The notes under the pieces: model-generated
Databases searched by the model: none
Seen by the model: the letters and a program-made list of their open reading frames with translations, nothing else
What the model was told of the DNA's origin: nothing
NCBI GenBank assembly: GCA_963733195.1
Contig: CAVTCR010000014.1
Location: forward strand, 1-57,688
Reading direction: 5' to 3'
Length of the DNA: 57,688 nucleotides
Source of the DNA: an uncultured delta proteobacterium
Lineage (GTDB): Bacteria; Desulfobacterota; Binatia; Bin18
Made by a program: the position numbers and the translations under genes
Shown: positions 54,189 to 57,688 of the stretch, piece by piece
How positions within the stretch are numbered: the first letter of the stretch is position 1
Layout: each line of letters starts with the position of its first letter

Positions 54189-56418
54189 CTATGCAATTAA
54201 GTCGTTTGGATCGGGGATCGTCTCACCGACCAACACACCCAGGTCTGGGTGATACAGCGCATCGGCAGTCTGGGCGAACATGCCGGGATAAATCTCTTGT
54301 ACGTCGCCGTTCCCGAGCAGTTTCTTGAATTGATATTCCGGTAGTGACACCGTGTAGCGCTGGAGCTTGCGCATCAGCCAGCGTTCTGGGCCGCCTTTCT
54401 GTAGTCGACCAATTAACGTCGGGCTTTCGCCGTAGCGGACGATAACGCTGCGATAGCCAGACTCGTCGATCAACTGGAAACGTTGTGCGGCAGTACGAAA
54501 CTGGACTTTCAGTGATCCTCGCTTTGCCCTCTGGTTTAAGCAGTCCGGTAATATCGTGTTTATCCAACGATCGCGCACGCATATAGAAATGCTCGAAGTA
54601 ACTGCGAAACAAATCACGCGTGAGCGGATGGGTGGTCACGCCAGTCAGCAGCGAAATAGTGGTTTCGGCTGAGCAGTAAGTGACCACGTGGTAGCTTGGG
54701 TGGCACGAACACAATTACTTGCCAAGTTCCAGTTTGCCTTCGCGGTTGCAACGTCCTGCCGCTTGCGCAATAGAGTCCAATCCCGCAAGCGCGCGATACA
54801 CGACAGGAAAATCTACATCCACGCCGGCCTCCACGAGTTGCGTACTCACGACACGCACCGCTTCACCTGCAAGCAGTCGTTGTTTGATGTCAGCGATAAC
54901 CCGCGAACGATGTTCACCGCACATCAAGGCTGACAGGTGTAGGGTGCCTTCTGGCATGCGACGATGAGTTCTCGGGCGTCGGTACGCGAGTTCACCACTA
55001 CCAAGACAGAAGGGTGTTGTTGCACTTGCTGCTGCGATGTCGTCCCACTCCTGTGTCAGGTGAAAGTCTTGCGGCATTGCACGGTAACGCGCTCTAGGTC
55101 GCGATACAGAGCGTCTGGGTCGGCGATGATTTCGTGCATGTTGTCGAGACCACGAAGCGTACGTTGAAAAGTCCGCAGCGTACCAAGCGCTGGTTGGGTC
55201 GCGGTCGATAACACAAACGTTACGCCATAGTGACGCACCAGCAGATTCATCACATCGAGGATGGGTTGTAAGAACTCAGGTGGTAACAGTTGTGCCTCGT
55301 CCAGCACTACCACACTGTTGACAATACTGTGTAGCTTGCGACAGCGACTTGTCTTAGCCGCGAATAGCGACTCAAAGAACTGGACGTTGGTGGTCACAAT
55401 CAACGGTGCGTCCCAGTTTTCCGTTGCTAGACGACTCTTCACCGTTTCGTTGTCTGGATCGAGATTGCTGTGATGTTCAACTACAGCGTCGGGAAAAATG
55501 TCACGAAAAATGTTCGCAGTCTGTTCGATAATACTAGTGTATGGAATGGCGTAGATCACTCTTCGTTTGTTGTGAAGAACGGCGTGTTCAAGAGCAAAGG
55601 CAAGGCTCGATAATGTTTTGCCGCCGCCAGTAGGTACTGTTAATGAAAACACACCTGGCGTGTTCGTGCCTGGTCTCGACACTGGCGGAGCACCTCAGCG
55701 CGGATACGGTTCACGAGTGTAGACGGAGCACTGGCGAATTGTTTTTCCATGTAGGCGTTGAAGTGCGGCAATAACTCTTGCATGGAGAGAGTGCCTATAC
55801 GTTGTACTGCCTTGCCTTCGTCCATAAAGGCTTCGGTATCGAGGAAATCGGCATCCACCAAGCACGAAAACAACATGCGCACCCACAAGGCAAATCCCTC
55901 AGCCTTCCAAGCAACGGGCTCACGGGCTTAGTCTGTGTGAGAATCTCGGATGAAATTGTTTGGCTGAGGGCGCGTTGTAAGTGGCTTTTATCTTCAAGAC
56001 GCACTTTCAGTGCCCCGCCACCAGTTTCGCTTATATGCCAGTCAGGTAACCCGGCGTGATGCCCTGCGATAATGTATGCCAGAATGCGCCCAAGTATGCC
56101 GAATTGCTCCACGGCATGCTGCGCCCCAGCGGTGGAGTGATCGACACGGCCAACCTTCCCTTCAAGGTGCGCATCAGGATCATAGCCGGATACGGACTTG
56201 ATGCGCCGTTGGAATTCCGCACTATATTTCCCCAGGTCATGCCACAGCCCGGCCACCTGCGCCCAATCTCCACTGCCAAAATTTCGTGCATATTCCTCAG
56301 CACGTTGCGCCACGCCGCGCAGGTGCTCGTTGAGGTCGTGCGGAATGAACGTCTCGCCGTCTTGGCGGACGTGGGCAAGATAGCTGACAGGGTTATGTTG
56401 TTTTGCTTCTTTTGCCAT
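54189..56418 (-). CDS. cas3: Cas3 HD nuclease-helicase (multiple frameshifts)
   Basis: [65 protein letters not shown]. Confidence 0.92.
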
Positions 56419-57125
56419 TGGTGTTTTTCGTGGGCAAAGCTCCGCCGATTGGCCGTGAGAGTGCCTCGCGGTCGAAATTCGACGCTGGGCACCTAGGTCC
56501 TTCTGTCCAAGACGTCTACTCGTTGTGAGCGTAACGCTCGCAGAGCTGCGCAGAAGAGAGTTGCTGATGAGGTGAATGGAAGAGGTTGATCTCTCTGGCT
56601 GTGCAACTCGGTGTACGTTTCCCCAATGCCCACTTTAACACTTGTGGTGAGCGATCCGCAAATTGATGAGGAGTCCGTGTGAGGTGAACCTTAAACCGAA
56701 GAGCATGACAGCAGAAACCGGATGCTCCTGGATTCCGGGTCGCGGCCTGCAGCCTTGCCCGGAATGACGGGCTGCCACTTGTCCCAGGTTCTACCGGGAC
56801 GAGTGTCCGATACAGGTCGAAAATTTTGTTTCTGAGCAGCCCTTCGACTCCGCTCACCTGTGCCTGCGGCACTGGCGCAGGCAGGATAAACTCCGCGAAG
56901 AATCTCACTGAGAGACCCTTCACTGTGTTTAGGGTGATAATTCTGGGGTGCTAATTTCTTGAAGTCTGGGTTAGTAGCTCTCTGAACATTCCGAGGGGAA
57001 GTCGAACCTGGGTTCCTATTTGCAGAGGATGACGGAAGTCAGGAAACTGTCGTCAAGCGGTAGCACGGTAATGAGGTGGGAGAAACGTTTGAAGTCGTCG
57101 AGAAAATCCTTCTACCGTCCCCATT

Positions 57126-57335
57126 AGTCATACATATCCTCACGTCTGAGTGAGATCCTTCAGGCCAAGGTCCATAATCACGAGCCGGTAGGTTCAAGGA
57201 TGGTCGATCGTGCTTAGTTGCAAGCTGCTCCTCAATCACCATCACGATGTGATGCTCTCCTGGCGGAATATCCGAGGGTACCTGGATGGTCATTTTGCCA
57301 TCGTCTGTGACTGTAACCGTTGTCTCAATAGTTTT
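57126..57335 (-). pseudogene. Small antitoxin-like gene cut off from its start codon by ISL3
   Basis: KTIETTVTVTDDGKMTIQVPSDIPPGEH..WPEG/LRREDMYD begins at the first base outside the IS end. Confidence 0.55.
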
Positions 57336-57688
57336 GGTTCATCGTGGAATTTTGGGGTAAATTTTCGTGGGATTTTTATAGTTCTGGTAGATTTGCTGTC
57401 AGGATTTTCAGCTTGAGATACTCTTCGTCGCGCAGACCGTAGGCGCGACGTTGGATAACTCTGATCTTGTTGTTGAGCCCTTCGACGAAGCCGAGGGCGA
57501 CTTTGTTTTCGGGTTTGCAGTAGGCGGCGATGCCGTCCCAGTGACGCTCGATCAGAGCGGCGAACTTTTTGTAGGGCGCGAGTCTCTGCCAACGAAGTTG
57601 CATCCTCCAGTTGTCAAAAAACTTCCGCGCCCAGACTTCCGAGTTGTAGGTCCACAGCTGATCAAAAGACTCGCGCAGGATGTACGCC
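57336..57688 (-). mobile_element. ISL3-family IS, right end (transposase C-terminus, stop at 57376; runs off the window)
   Basis: WDGIAAY..GFVEGLNNKIRVIQRRAYGLRD.EYLKLKI; terminus GGTTCATCG at 57336. Confidence 0.85.

Noticed and set aside
3544-56418. Widespread frameshifts as true pseudogenisation or programmed frameshifting
   Set aside because: Single-base indels affect unrelated genes, including recently inserted IS elements, and I noticed no accompanying nonsense substitutions. Long-read error is more likely and cannot be resolved without reads.
56458-56500. Array spacers targeting the cas3 upstream region (TCGCGGTC and ACCTAGG matches)
   Set aside because: The matches are 7-8 nt and fall outside the PAM-proximal seed of the minus-strand crRNAs, so they are expected by chance.
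57075-57093. TTC-AAACG on the minus strand as target of the cas2 mini-array spacer
   Set aside because: PAM plus five seed bases match, but positions 7 onward mostly do not. A similar 8-mer also occurs near 7091 inside an unrelated gene.

Overview
Bacterial chromosomal window of moderately high GC. The gene repertoire suggests an uncultured Binatota/Deltaproteobacteria-like soil or sediment organism (inference only). Many genes carry 1-bp frameshifts, which look like long-read assembly error. The first ~41 kb is catabolic and accessory: amidohydrolases, SDR, Zn-ADH, F420-type oxidoreductases, a BVMO, a double CoA-transferase, SnoaL proteins and an MFS transporter. It also holds two cyclase-AAA-TPR genes, three toxin-antitoxin (TA) pairs, REP/MITE-like repeats and several collapsed gene remnants. 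From 41.8 to 56.4 kb lies a minus-strand type I-C CRISPR-Cas locus (cas3-cas5-cas8c-cas7-cas4-cas1-cas2) with three unusual properties. (1) A degenerate repeat-36 nt-degenerate repeat mini-array overlaps the cas2 stop codon and sits 25 nt ahead of a hicB-hicA module that separates cas2 from the leader. (2) The array is split by an antisense vapB/vapC-like TA operon. (3) cas5 is interrupted in antisense orientation by a group II intron (48914-53737), whose RT gene is interrupted by an IS4-family element that is itself interrupted by a second IS4-family element. The intron ends and the IR/TSD boundaries of both IS elements can be read to the base. The window ends inside an ISL3 transposase. The best candidate for an undescribed system is the interleaving of CRISPR repeats with protein TA modules.
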